Assembly: GCA_050287085.1 (NCBI GenBank)
Contig: JBNKBE010000010.1
Coordinates: forward strand, 163,665 to 227,664
Length of the DNA stretch: 64,000 nt
Direction: 5' to 3'
Source of the DNA: Polyangiaceae bacterium
GTDB lineage: Bacteria > Myxococcota_A > Polyangia > Polyangiales > Polyangiaceae
Position numbers and translations under genes: made by a program. The notes beneath the pieces are model-generated. The model had not been told where the DNA came from. It did no database searches and saw only the letters and a list, made by a program, of their open reading frames with translations. Shown in pieces: positions 1 to 9,080 of the stretch; positions within the stretch are counted from its first letter, which is position 1; each line of letters opens with the position of its first letter.

Positions 1-477
1 GTGCGGTCGTTTGCGACTCATGACTTTCATACGGCGGCGCCCATTGCGTTTGGTGATACCGCGGCGAAGCTTGCGCTATTTCCGGCTGGCAACGCACCCG
101 GCACGGACGAGACGGACGAGAGCCTACGGGATGATCTGGTTCGCCGTCTCAAGTCGGGGCCGCTGCGTTGGAGCGTTCGTGCCAAGCTGTTCATCGATGA
201 TGAGCAAACGCCGATCGAAGATACTTCCGTGTCTTGGCCTGGGCCCTGGGTCGAGCTTGGTACCCTGATCTTGTATCAGCAGGAGGTCGAGTCGGACGCG
301 GGTCGGGCCTTGGATGCGTTGGTCGAAGAGCTTTCATTTGATCCGTGGCACGCAATCGAGGCGCACCGTCCGCTTGGCGGCATCATGCGTGCCCGGGCGA
401 TTGCGTATCGAGACAGCGCAATCGGACGAAAGGCGGCCTCTGAGCTCACGGTTCCGGTTCCTGAGCTTCGCGGGTAG
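1..477 (+). CDS. Catalase-like heme protein, C-terminal part (runs off window edge)
   Basis: TPIEDTSVSW, LSFDPWHAIEAHRPLGGIMRAR..AY motifs of catalase-like proteins. Confidence 0.75.
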   Translation: MRSFATHDFHTAAPIAFGDTAAKLALFPAGNAPGTDETDESLRDDLVRRLKSGPLRWSVRAKLFIDDEQTPIEDTSVSWPGPWVELGTLILYQQEVESDAGRALDALVEELSFDPWHAIEAHRPLGGIMRARAIAYRDSAIGRKAASELTVPVPELRG

Positions 478-816
478 CAGCTCTCACGTTCTTGTTGCTG
501 GTGCGTCAGATGGGTAGCCGTGTGGCGCACTGCAAGCCGTCTTCACGAGGGCGTTCGGGGCATCGCTCCGAATGGGAACGCGGCTAGTTCGGAATAGATT
601 TGGAGTGGCTGCAGGGGCTGGGTGAGGAACCGGCGCCGCGTTGGAGAGCGCGATAACTGTTCGGAGTCGTAGCCGTATGCGCTGTGTCAGGTGTTGGTCA
701 TGGCTTGGTCATGATGGTGCACGGCGTCTTGCTGACGATGCCATGGGTGTCAAGGTTAACAAAGGACGGTCCCCGCGGCACTCTTGCGGCGGCGCGCTGC
801 CGCTTCTTGAATTGCC

Positions 817-1914
817 ATGCCCAAACCAGCCCAACAGGCCCCGAACCCGCGCGCTCGATTTCAGTTTTCCAAGATTGCCTGGACCAATCTAGCATTTATC
901 GCTGGAGTTCATGCGGTTGCACTCTGGGGTCTGAGTGAGCTGCTGGTGGGCGGTAAGCTGTCGTGGTCGGGTGTGCTCTTCTGCGCCCTTTCCGTAGCGC
1001 TCACCACGTTTGCGATCTCCGCCGGCTATCATCGACTGTTCTCGCATCGGACATTTGATACCGGCCCCATTCTTCGCGGAGTGCTGCTGCTAGGCGGTGC
1101 GGCAGCGTTTCAGAATTCTGTCTTGGAGTGGGCTTGCAAGCACCGCCGGCATCATCACCATATGGACACACCGCTCGACCCGTATGATGCCACGCGGGGC
1201 TTCTGGTATTCCCATGTAGGCTGGGTCATTGAGCGTAGCCCTCCGGAGGACCTGAACGCCCCCGACCTTCAGGCGGACGCCCTAGTACGACTGCAACACC
1301 GCTACTACGTGCCGTTGGCGATTCTGACCGGGCTTGGGGCGCCCGCATTGATGGGATGGTGGTTGTTGGGTAGCGCGTGGCACGGTTTGCTGCTTGGGGG
1401 CGCACTGCGGCTGGTTATAGCCTATCACATGACATTCTCGATCAACTCGGTGGCGCATTGGATTGGGAGTCAGCCCTACGGAGCCAAGGGCACCGCGCGC
1501 GATAGTTGGCTGACGGCGCTGGTGACGATGGGAGAGGGGTATCACAACTACCATCACACATTTCCAGGGGACTACCGAAACGGCATTCGCTTGTACGACT
1601 TCGATCCACCGAAGTGGGCGATTGCCGCACTTGCCAAGTTGGGATGGGTCTGGAATCTGAAACGAACGCCAGGACACCTAATTGCACTCCGGCGAGTTAG
1701 AGCCGACAGAGAGCAGCTGAAGGTCTTGAGTCTGAGCCAGGTCCAGCGCCGGCGTTTGGAGCAAGCGTACGAAACGGTGGAGCTGCGACTGCGCGCGTGG
1801 GCCCGCGCGTTCAATGCGACCCGTGCAGGGGGCGCGAGTGCCGCGAGGGCTGAGCGTGACGCCTTCTGGATTGCCTACAGAGTATGGCGCGAGTTGCTCG
1901 GAAGAGCCTGTTGA
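817..1914 (+). CDS. Delta-9 acyl-CoA/acyl-lipid fatty acid desaturase
   Basis: Three His boxes: HRLFSH, HRRHHH, GEGYHNYHH; hydrophobic segments. Confidence 0.9.
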   Translation: MPKPAQQAPNPRARFQFSKIAWTNLAFIAGVHAVALWGLSELLVGGKLSWSGVLFCALSVALTTFAISAGYHRLFSHRTFDTGPILRGVLLLGGAAAFQNSVLEWACKHRRHHHHMDTPLDPYDATRGFWYSHVGWVIERSPPEDLNAPDLQADALVRLQHRYYVPLAILTGLGAPALMGWWLLGSAWHGLLLGGALRLVIAYHMTFSINSVAHWIGSQPYGAKGTARDSWLTALVTMGEGYHNYHHTFPGDYRNGIRLYDFDPPKWAIAALAKLGWVWNLKRTPGHLIALRRVRADREQLKVLSLSQVQRRRLEQAYETVELRLRAWARAFNATRAGGASAARAERDAFWIAYRVWRELLGRAC

Positions 1915-2344
1915 CAAGCCCTGCAAGCTGGATGAACCTTTCAACGATGTTGTTAGACGTTCGCGCAGCTTCAGTGCTTTCTGCCGGGCTCGCCACCGTG
2001 ATGGTCTGAGCCCAGCCCAGCCAGGTCGCGTCGGAGGGCGCGGAAAGGCCTTGGAGCAAGGAGCGGGCTTCATCGCCCAGGGTTGGGCCCGAGTCACCGG
2101 CAGCGCCGGGGTGTGTCTTGGAACGCGAACCTCGGCGACTGAGATTGCCGGTATCGACTTGGGGGTCAGGGCGGAGCCGCTAGGGGCGGTGTGGAACCTT
2201 GGACCACACGCAGGACTTCAGCGTTCACAAGGAGCTGGCAGCTTCCGTCAGATGGCGGCGGCCCGACGGAGTGGTCTTACGTGCCAGATGAGCGCGGGGC
2301 ACGAGAAGAGCTTCGTCGAATTGCTCACACCGTGGCGCAGCCAT

Positions 2345-2360
2345 TGTCGGTGATCTGACA
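2345..2360. promoter_or_regulatory. NifA upstream activator sequence for the nifZ operon
   Basis: TGT-CGGTGATCTG-ACA (TGT-N10-ACA), ~80 nt upstream of a sigma-54 box. Confidence 0.8.
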
Positions 2361-2439
2361 ATACGAGCGTCGCAGCGAGGAGAACCCGCAACAGGGGCGT
2401 CTCGCGCGACGAGAAGCGCGATAGGTCGTCCAGAGCCAC

Positions 2440-2455
2440 TGGCATTCGCTTTGCA
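2440..2455 (+). promoter_or_regulatory. Sigma-54 -24/-12 promoter (nifZ-nifX-greA-like)
   Basis: TGGCATTCGCTTTGCA, GG-N10-GC. Confidence 0.85.
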
Positions 2456-2467
2456 TCTACACCAAAC

Positions 2468-2995
2468 GTGAAGGCACGATATGAACTGGGGCAGCACGTT
2501 CGGGTGACGCGAAACGTGCGCAATGACGGCACGTTTCCTGGGCGTGACATGGGTGAGCTCTTGCTACGCCGTGGGGCCACCGGCTATGTCCGTGATATCG
2601 GAGCGTTTCTCCAGGATCAGGTCATCTACTCGGTTGACTTTATCGAGTACGGCTATCGGGTGGGGTGTCGCGAGCAAGAGCTCATTGCGGCGGAGGCGCC
2701 GTGGCTCCCCAACAGGTACGAGTTCAGAGACCGTGTTTATCTGACAAGAGCGATAGGTGTGCGAGGAGAACAGGTGGCGCTCGCGGGTACTGAAGTAGAG
2801 ATCCTTCGCGTTGTTCGTACTCACCCGACGTGCATCCTGTATCATGTCCTTGTTGCAGGTCGGACTTTTCAACTGCCGGAAGCCGTCCTTGAAGGCGAAA
2901 GTGACTTTGATGAAAAGGTCAAAGAGACAGTCGCGCGCGGTATAGATGCCAATGGAACCACCGCTGGCGCCACCTTGCCCTGGCAGAATCTATGA
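2468..2995 (+). CDS. nifZ: NifZ, MoFe-protein P-cluster maturation
   Basis: VRVTRNVRNDGTFPG...G.VRDIG.FLQDQVIYSVDF...VGCREQEL signature; GTG start. Confidence 0.92.
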   Translation: MKARYELGQHVRVTRNVRNDGTFPGRDMGELLLRRGATGYVRDIGAFLQDQVIYSVDFIEYGYRVGCREQELIAAEAPWLPNRYEFRDRVYLTRAIGVRGEQVALAGTEVEILRVVRTHPTCILYHVLVAGRTFQLPEAVLEGESDFDEKVKETVARGIDANGTTAGATLPWQNL

Positions 2996-3007
2996 AAGGC
3001 CACAGCC

Positions 3008-3484
3008 ATGCTACCTATTGCATCACAGAATGCGTTTTCAGATGCAGCTTCGGAGGACCTGTTGACGGTGGCCTTGGCTACCAGCGACGATAAGAGTGTG
3101 AATCAACACTTTGGCTCTGCAAAGCGCTTTGTCATTTTCGGTCTTTCAAGAGATGAACGGCGGCCCCTCGGAGAGCGCGCTTTCGCCGACGCGGTACAAG
3201 ACGGAAACGAGGACAAGCTCGTGGACAAGCTCCAATGGTTGAAGGGCTGCGACGTCGTGGTCTGTGCGCAAGTGGGGCAGTCTGCGGCCAAGCAATTGCT
3301 CAGCGGCGGCACGCGGCCCATTGTCGTCAGAGGGGGGGCAGCCATTGCTGAAGTGCTTGCTGAGCTTCAGAAGGAGCTCGTCGAGCAGAAAGCCGCGTGG
3401 CTCAATCAGATCATGCGTCGCAAGGGAGCTGCTTCCAAGGAGCGGCTTTATGACATGCTTGATGATGATTGGGAGGCGTCATGA
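3008..3484 (+). CDS. nifX: NifX (canonical-looking copy), FeMo-co precursor carrier
   Basis: VALATSD...VNQHFGSA, DGNEDKL, VGQSAAKQLL, C-terminal ERLYDMLDDDW. Confidence 0.85.
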   Translation: MLPIASQNAFSDAASEDLLTVALATSDDKSVNQHFGSAKRFVIFGLSRDERRPLGERAFADAVQDGNEDKLVDKLQWLKGCDVVVCAQVGQSAAKQLLSGGTRPIVVRGGAAIAEVLAELQKELVEQKAAWLNQIMRRKGAASKERLYDMLDDDWEAS

Positions 3485-3918
3485 GCGCCTTGTCGTTTGA
3501 AGCGTCGGCGCCAAGCACGTCGTTGCCGCGAACTCTCGAGAATTGGATGACGGAGCGCTGGCATGGAGTACTGAAGCTCCGCTTGACGCGGGAAGAACAA
3601 GCCGGCGATCTGGCACGCGCCTCGGAGTTGCGGGCGCGCTTGGAGCGTGCCGTGGTGGTCAGGCGGGAGGACATTCTGTCGACGCGAGTGCAGTTTGGCT
3701 CAGAGGTTACGGTATTCAACATCGATGAGGCGGAGGAGCAGACCTTTGTGGTGGTTAGTCAAGATGAGGCAAGCGTTGGGGCAGGACTCGTAGACCAAGC
3801 GAGTCCGCTGGCGCAGGCGTTGTTTGGAGCTCAAGAGGGAGATGAGGTGGAAGTTGTGCTTCCCCGCGGCAACACCTGCCGCTATGAAGTGACAGCGATC
3901 GGCATTCCCAAGAGTTGA
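3481..3918 (+). CDS. N-terminally shortened GreA/GreB/Rnk-like protein
   Basis: REEQA...[44 protein letters not shown] overlap with the nifX stop. Confidence 0.75.
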   Translation: MSALSFEASAPSTSLPRTLENWMTERWHGVLKLRLTREEQAGDLARASELRARLERAVVVRREDILSTRVQFGSEVTVFNIDEAEEQTFVVVSQDEASVGAGLVDQASPLAQALFGAQEGDEVEVVLPRGNTCRYEVTAIGIPKS

Positions 3919-3961
3919 GCCAGCGAGTGCTTTGCCTCAGCCACTCTTCGCCGAAGACCGC

Positions 3962-4717
3962 CTAGTCATTCCCTTGATCGGAGGGGTCCGTCTGACTTAG
4001 GCGGGCTTCGACGAGTCGCCGTACCTCTGGCTCTGGATCGTCGACGAGTCGGCGAATTGCGTCGAGTGGCGCAAGCGAGGCAGCCTCGAGGCGCACGGTC
4101 CAGTCGGTATCTTTCAGCAGAGGAGCTAGGTCCGCTCCTCTCAGTCGGGTGGCGACAACACGGCGCACTTCGGGTGCCTCGTCGTAGGTCATGAAAGGCA
4201 GGCTCACCAGGGGCAGCCGCGCTGCAACCACCTTGCGCACTTCTCGCTCCCGATCGTTCATGAGCGGAAAGAGGCGATCGGCGTGCATGCGACGTGCGGC
4301 GTAGACCCGCACCTGATAGTCAGGATCGTTGGCAAGCTCTCCGAGGGCATCGGCGGGCAAGCGATCGGCAACCGTAATGCGCACTTCGCGATCCGGATCC
4401 GTCTTGAGTAGGACGAGTTGCTCCAGTGGCAGGCGGTATGCAACGGCTCTGCGCACTGTTTCGTCCGGATCGGAAATGAGCTCGGGGAGCTGCTCGACCG
4501 GAAGGTATCGCGCGCTGATCGCTCTGCGTTCCCAGAAGGGGTCCTTTGTGTACTGCGAGGCACAAGCTGGATTGTTGCGAAAGAAGCGATCGATCTGTCG
4601 ACCACTATTCACCTTTACACAGGCGTCGCCAGGGGCGCATCGGCCAACGTGTGCCAGCACTTGGTGGCAACAGCGTGAGCAGTCAGCGATTGGCGTGTGG
4701 CGCTCGGGCTGAGCCAT
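3962..4717 (-). CDS. lrv: LRV: 4Fe-4S-binding leucine-rich repeat variant protein (nif-associated)
   Basis: N-terminal CxxC...C.PG.AC Fe-S motif followed by ~24-aa L..DPD.EVR..VA.RL repeats. Confidence 0.85.
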   Translation of the reverse strand: MAQPERHTPIADCSRCCHQVLAHVGRCAPGDACVKVNSGRQIDRFFRNNPACASQYTKDPFWERRAISARYLPVEQLPELISDPDETVRRAVAYRLPLEQLVLLKTDPDREVRITVADRLPADALGELANDPDYQVRVYAARRMHADRLFPLMNDREREVRKVVAARLPLVSLPFMTYDEAPEVRRVVATRLRGADLAPLLKDTDWTVRLEAASLAPLDAIRRLVDDPEPEVRRLVEARLSQTDPSDQGND

Positions 4718-4720
4718 GCA

Positions 4721-5110
4721 CTACTCCGGAACCAAGCGCAGCTCACTCTTGAGTGCGCTCTTGCGACCCCATACCTGTACCGCTTCGACGTGTAGCTGAG
4801 GGCGCATGGGATGGGTGCGAGTTACGAAGTACTCCGCGAAAACACTGCCGTCGCCACGAAGTAGGACACTACCCTGTTGTTCTCCGCTTCTATGCCAGGC
4901 GATTTCCAAGGCGAGTGAGCCATCAAACGGATCGCTTCGAAATGTCGCAGTTGTTGCGTCTTCGAACGGGGCTTTGGGAAGTTGCAGTCCGATGTGAGTG
5001 AGCTCGACTACTATGCGTTCTGAAACCGCGCCCGCGAGCTCACGTACCGCTTGCTCGGTGAGGGGAAAGGCAGCCGGAGCGCGCTCAGTGATTGTTGTGG
5101 GCATTGTCAT
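4721..5110 (-). CDS. Conserved nif-associated hypothetical protein
   Basis: DPFDGS...GSV...DGSVFAEY...HP...EAV..WG....KSELRL resembles small ORFs of proteobacterial nif clusters (recalled, not searched); start 5110 or 5104. Confidence 0.6.
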   Translation of the reverse strand: MTMPTTITERAPAAFPLTEQAVRELAGAVSERIVVELTHIGLQLPKAPFEDATTATFRSDPFDGSLALEIAWHRSGEQQGSVLLRGDGSVFAEYFVTRTHPMRPQLHVEAVQVWGRKSALKSELRLVPE

Positions 5111-5121
5111 CGACCTTGGCG

Positions 5122-5463
5122 TCAACGCTTGAGCACGACGATCAGTTCTGCGACGGGGGTTCCCCGTGTCAGGTGCGAGTCGACGATGAGGTCGATATCA
5201 TCTTTGCTCTTGGGTTGGTACCAAACCCCTTCCGGGTAGATCACCATCAGGGGCCCAGCGCTGCAGAAGCCCATACAGCCCGTTGTGTTGAGGGATACTC
5301 TCGGGTCCTGCATGCGCTCCAGTCGAACGGATAGGTGTTCCCAGAGCGGTCGCGCTCCGGCCGATCCGCAACTGCCTCGGGGGTGGTTCGGAGGGCGGTC
5401 TTGGCAACAGACAAGGCAATGATACTTGTAGACAACCGGTAGTTCGAAACCGCTTACGTTCAT
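5122..5463 (-). CDS. Thioredoxin-like [2Fe-2S] ferredoxin (Shethna protein I / FeSI type)
   Basis: C...RPPNHPRGSC, GCMGFC..GP...IYPEGVWY; ATGA coupling to the nifQ stop. Confidence 0.85.
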   Translation of the reverse strand: MNVSGFELPVVYKYHCLVCCQDRPPNHPRGSCGSAGARPLWEHLSVRLERMQDPRVSLNTTGCMGFCSAGPLMVIYPEGVWYQPKSKDDIDLIVDSHLTRGTPVAELIVVLKR

Positions 5464-6212
5464 AGCGATGACTCCTGGCACACGGGGCTTGTGGCGATCG
5501 AATCGGAACCGGACACTACGAAGCATTCTTCGAAACTCGAACACTCGTCGCAGGACGGCGCTCGGCAGACGTAGTCGCCGCCCAGTTCGCATAGTTGTCG
5601 GTAGAAGAAGCGCTTCCAACGCATGTCACGCGTGTTCTTTGCTACCAGCTGGGGAAAGCAAGCGGACAACAAGAGGCGCAGCTCTGCCCTGGAATTGAGG
5701 CCCAGATCCTTCCAGAGGTGTTGTCCTCCAAGGCATGCATGAGCCACTATCCTGGCCACCAGGCGGGGCGCTTCATCTTCGGGTCCAAGCTCGGTGCTGA
5801 GCAACTTCACTAGCTGCGAGACTTCGTCTTGCCGCTGGGACGCGAGCAGCGCTCGCAGCGCCCCGCGTTCGTCGAATCGCTTGGCGCATTGCTGGTATGC
5901 GGGTATTCGGATGAGTTCGTTCATCAGCTCATCGAGTGTTGGTGCGCTGCCATACGCGAGAGCCAGCAAGTGATTGAGCGCGTCTCTGCCAAGGCCCAGG
6001 TAGCTCGGTAGCGCCGAGTCACCTGCCAGTGTGCTTGCCAGAATACCCGTCAGGATTCTCGACAGTGTGCCCTCCAGCGGGCGGGTCGCGCCCTGTTGCG
6101 GGGGGCTACGCTGTAGCCGCGCGGACACGTAGCGCCGTAGATCCACTGGTACGGAACGTCCCTCGCCTTGTTCGGGAAGGGTGGAGGTATACATGAACTC
6201 TGCACAGCTCAT
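5460..6212 (-). CDS. nifQ: NifQ, Mo delivery for FeMo-co
   Basis: HLWKDLGL..R.EL...N...MRWKRFFYRQLC...CRAPSCDEC.....CF; start uncertain. Confidence 0.92.
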   Translation of the reverse strand: MSCAEFMYTSTLPEQGEGRSVPVDLRRYVSARLQRSPPQQGATRPLEGTLSRILTGILASTLAGDSALPSYLGLGRDALNHLLALAYGSAPTLDELMNELIRIPAYQQCAKRFDERGALRALLASQRQDEVSQLVKLLSTELGPEDEAPRLVARIVAHACLGGQHLWKDLGLNSRAELRLLLSACFPQLVAKNTRDMRWKRFFYRQLCELGGDYVCRAPSCDECSSFEECFVVSGSDSIATSPVCQESSL

Positions 6213-6228
6213 AAGGGGCTTCGCGTGA

Positions 6229-6525
6229 CTAGGAGCTAGACGCGGCGGACCTGTCGGCCTCTTTGGCTCGGAGTTCTAGGGTGCGTTCAGCCGGAATGCC
6301 GGTGAGTGTTCCCAGTGGATTCAAGGGCTGACCGCTTGCGTCTAGAATTGCCTCCTCGACGGGACAGATGGTCGCGCATTGAGGCGTGTCGTAGTCTCCG
6401 GCGCATTCCGTGCACTTGCGGGAGTTCACTTTGAAGTGTGGTTTGCTCTCGTAGATGGCGTCATTCGGACAGACCATCATGCAGGCAAAGCAATTGACAC
6501 ATAGCTCTACGATCTTGACCGACAT
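6229..6525 (-). CDS. fdxN: FdxN-type 2[4Fe-4S] ferredoxin
   Basis: CxxCxxCxxxCP and CTEC.....PQC..ICP; directly after nifB; GGAGG RBS. Confidence 0.85.
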   Translation of the reverse strand: MSVKIVELCVNCFACMMVCPNDAIYESKPHFKVNSRKCTECAGDYDTPQCATICPVEEAILDASGQPLNPLGTLTGIPAERTLELRAKEADRSAASSS

Positions 6526-6535
6526 GAGACGCCTC

Positions 6536-8017
6536 CTATCCGGCAACCGTCAGGGCTTGTGGCGTGAGAGCCAGCTGCAACTTGGGGAGAAGTTCGCGGT
6601 AGACCGCGGCCACTGCCTCTTCAATGGGTTCCATAGCGTGGGCCCCATCCGGAACGATACCGGCCTCTTCGAGCTGCTCCCACGGACCGAAGCCGATTTT
6701 GGAGCACAGCACCGCCGCACATCCCTCCAGGGTGCGGATATTCCTCTCGAGAGCGTCTTCCGCCTCACCACAGGTGTCACCGCCACTGCAGTACAGATCG
6801 ACCTTGCGATGGCTGATAAAACGAACCCCCTGAGGAGAAGCTTCATAGACCAGGAACTCTCGAGCATGACCGAAGTGCTCGTTCACGACGCCTCCTCCCT
6901 TGGTTGCGACGGCTATCAGAGCTGGCGGGGCGTAGAGCGCAGATAGCTTCTCTTGTTCTGGCCGGGCGGCCCTGGTCTTTGCCTCGAGCTCGACGGCGAT
7001 GGCGTCATGGAGCTTCTTGCGTCTTACCATGGCGGCTTCGTAGTCGATATCCATCTCCGCTATCTTGTCCAACGTGAACTCGGCACCACGGTCCTCTCCG
7101 AGAAGACCCACCGCGTCAGCACGGCATTGGCGGCAGTGGCGCATCATGTTCATGTCTCCGGAACAGGCATCTTGAAGCGTCTGAAGCTCTTCCTGCGTGG
7201 GGCCACGTTGATGCATGACCCCGTAGTAGGTGCCATGTTCTTCTTCGGCAATAAGTGGCATCACGTTGTGGAGGAACGCCCCTTTCTGCTTCACAACTCT
7301 ACTTACTTCGGACAGGTGTTGGTCGTTGACCCCGGGTATCATTACGGAGTTGACCTTCACGAGGATGTTGCGTGCAACGAGCATCTCGAGTCCGCGTTGC
7401 TGTTGTTTGATAAGAATGTGCGCCCCCTTGCGTCCACGGATCCGCTTGTTGTTCCAGTAGATCCAAGGATAGATCTTGGCACCGATCTCGGGATCGACGC
7501 AGTTGATCGTGATGGTGACATGATCGATGTTATGCTTTGCGATTTCATCGACGTATTGAGGGAGGTTCAGCCCGTTGGTGGACAAGCAGAGCTTGATATC
7601 CGGAGTCTGTGCCGTAAGACCGTTGAACGTCGCGAACGTGCGTTCGGGGTTGGCGAGCGGATCTCCAGGTCCGGCTATTCCCAGAACCGTCATTTGGGGA
7701 ATGGTCGCGGCTACCGCCTTCGTCTTCATCACGGCTTGTTCCGGCGTCAGTAGTTCCGAAACGACACCAGGCCGTGACTCGTTTGAGCAATCATACTTGC
7801 GGTTGCAGTAGTTGCATTGGATGTTGCATGCCGGTGCCACCGCGACGTGCATGCGCGCAAAATAGTGGTGCGCTTGCTCAGAGTAGCAGGGATGATTCTG
7901 TACCTTGGCGCGCACCTCGTCTGAGAGATGTGCCAGTTGGTCGCCAGAACTGCCGCAGGAGTTCGCGTCGCAGCCGGCACCGGCGGAAGGCGTGTCTTGT
8001 ATCACCTCAAGGTCCAT
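6536..8017 (-). CDS. nifB: NifB radical SAM enzyme with C-terminal NifX-like domain
   Basis: HPCY, CNIQCNYC, ESRPG, AGPGDPLAN, CRQCRADA, EHFGH. Confidence 0.97.
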   Translation of the reverse strand: MDLEVIQDTPSAGAGCDANSCGSSGDQLAHLSDEVRAKVQNHPCYSEQAHHYFARMHVAVAPACNIQCNYCNRKYDCSNESRPGVVSELLTPEQAVMKTKAVAATIPQMTVLGIAGPGDPLANPERTFATFNGLTAQTPDIKLCLSTNGLNLPQYVDEIAKHNIDHVTITINCVDPEIGAKIYPWIYWNNKRIRGRKGAHILIKQQQRGLEMLVARNILVKVNSVMIPGVNDQHLSEVSRVVKQKGAFLHNVMPLIAEEEHGTYYGVMHQRGPTQEELQTLQDACSGDMNMMRHCRQCRADAVGLLGEDRGAEFTLDKIAEMDIDYEAAMVRRKKLHDAIAVELEAKTRAARPEQEKLSALYAPPALIAVATKGGGVVNEHFGHAREFLVYEASPQGVRFISHRKVDLYCSGGDTCGEAEDALERNIRTLEGCAAVLCSKIGFGPWEQLEEAGIVPDGAHAMEPIEEAVAAVYRELLPKLQLALTPQALTVAG

Positions 8018-8078
8018 ATTGTGCTCCCGATTGAGTCCGTGGTTGGAATGGGGGTTAGTCTAGCGGTGGAGCGGTCGC

Positions 8079-8366
8079 TCAGGCAGGCATCGGAGAGTGA
8101 GTGTGACAGTCGCGCGGACAGACCGCGTCGCAGGCCCGACATCCAATGCAGTCCAGGGGATCTTTCAGAGTCATCACTTTGAGCACGTCGTCGTCGTTGT
8201 CGTCGTCGTCGTCGTCGCAGGCTTCGCGCTCCATGAGTTCAAAGACGTCCCGCGGGCATACTTTGAAGCAGCGGCCACAACCGATACACTTGCTCTCGTC
8301 CAAGGCGGTTACGTATTGAGGTACCCACTCGTCGCCTCGGAGCGTACGGCCCACGATATTAGCCAT
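8079..8366 (-). CDS. fdxB: Ferredoxin III, nif-specific
   Basis: W.PQYV...CIGCGRCFKVCP, acidic run, CIGC.AC..VCP..CHTH. Confidence 0.88.
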   Translation of the reverse strand: MANIVGRTLRGDEWVPQYVTALDESKCIGCGRCFKVCPRDVFELMEREACDDDDDDNDDDVLKVMTLKDPLDCIGCRACDAVCPRDCHTHSPMPA

Positions 8367-8601
8367 CGGAACTCTCCTGCTCGGGGGTCGTGGGCAGGCT
8401 TCCAGCGGCTTCCAGCCTCTCGCTACACACGCGCCAATGCTCGCAGGCATCAAAGGTGGACTGCGATAGCTCTGGTAGCTCCTGATAGGCCGCCGGAAGA
8501 CGGTCTTCGGCCAGGTCGTGAAGCTTCGAGGCCCATTCGGTGGCGATACGCTTGCTACGGCGAACCTCTTTTTGCAATGCCTTGAGTTCCTCCGGCGTCA
8601 T
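8359..8601 (-). CDS. Rop-like / CCE_0567-family nif-associated protein
   Basis: K.IA...A..LHDLAEDRLP..Y.EL motif and position between DUF269 and fdxB. Confidence 0.8.
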   Translation of the reverse strand: MTPEELKALQKEVRRSKRIATEWASKLHDLAEDRLPAAYQELPELSQSTFDACEHWRVCSERLEAAGSLPTTPEQESSDG

Positions 8602-8605
8602 GGCA

Positions 8606-9076
8606 CTACGCTCCGGCGACTTCAGGATGGTCTTCGATGGCCTTTAGCGCCTGTTCGACGAGTCTGTCGCCCTGGGCTTCCATCTTGGCGAGGGATGGAA
8701 AGCCAAAGCGATGGACGTCACGGAGGGTGCGGTCGAGGACCACCAGCTTTCCGGTCGTTATCAGTGCCCGTCCAAACCCCTCGTGACTGAGATGGATCAG
8801 CGGAACGCTGAGCAGACGAGTTTGCGTCTCGATTCGCACCGCGATCGCATTGTAGAACGCGCGAACTCTCGACACAGTGACCTCGTCCGGATCGCCTACC
8901 AAAGGGATCTCTGCTTTTCGCTCCTTGGTCAAAATCATGGGATCAAGAATCTTGTCGTCGCTCCAGCTGTCGTACTGACCATAGGAGTCGAGAGCTCTGA
9001 GTTGACGTACGAGCTCCTTCGAGAACGGGCCTAGACTCGACTGAGACGAGGGCGCTACTGCTTGTACTGCTTCCAC
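8606..9076 (-). CDS. NifX-associated DUF269 protein
   Basis: ELVRQLRALDSYG, IP.VGDPD, SHEGFGR, LRDVHRFGF; GTG start after GAAGGA. Confidence 0.88.
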   Translation of the reverse strand: MEAVQAVAPSSQSSLGPFSKELVRQLRALDSYGQYDSWSDDKILDPMILTKERKAEIPLVGDPDEVTVSRVRAFYNAIAVRIETQTRLLSVPLIHLSHEGFGRALITTGKLVVLDRTLRDVHRFGFPSLAKMEAQGDRLVEQALKAIEDHPEVAGA

Positions 9077-9080
9077 GAAA

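Noticed and set aside
1814..2353. 179-aa ORF between the desaturase and nifZ
   Set aside because: Overlaps the desaturase and UAS, with no recognisable motif or RBS
8186..8217. GAC trinucleotide run as a contingency locus
   Set aside because: Encodes the acidic loop typical of nif ferredoxin III
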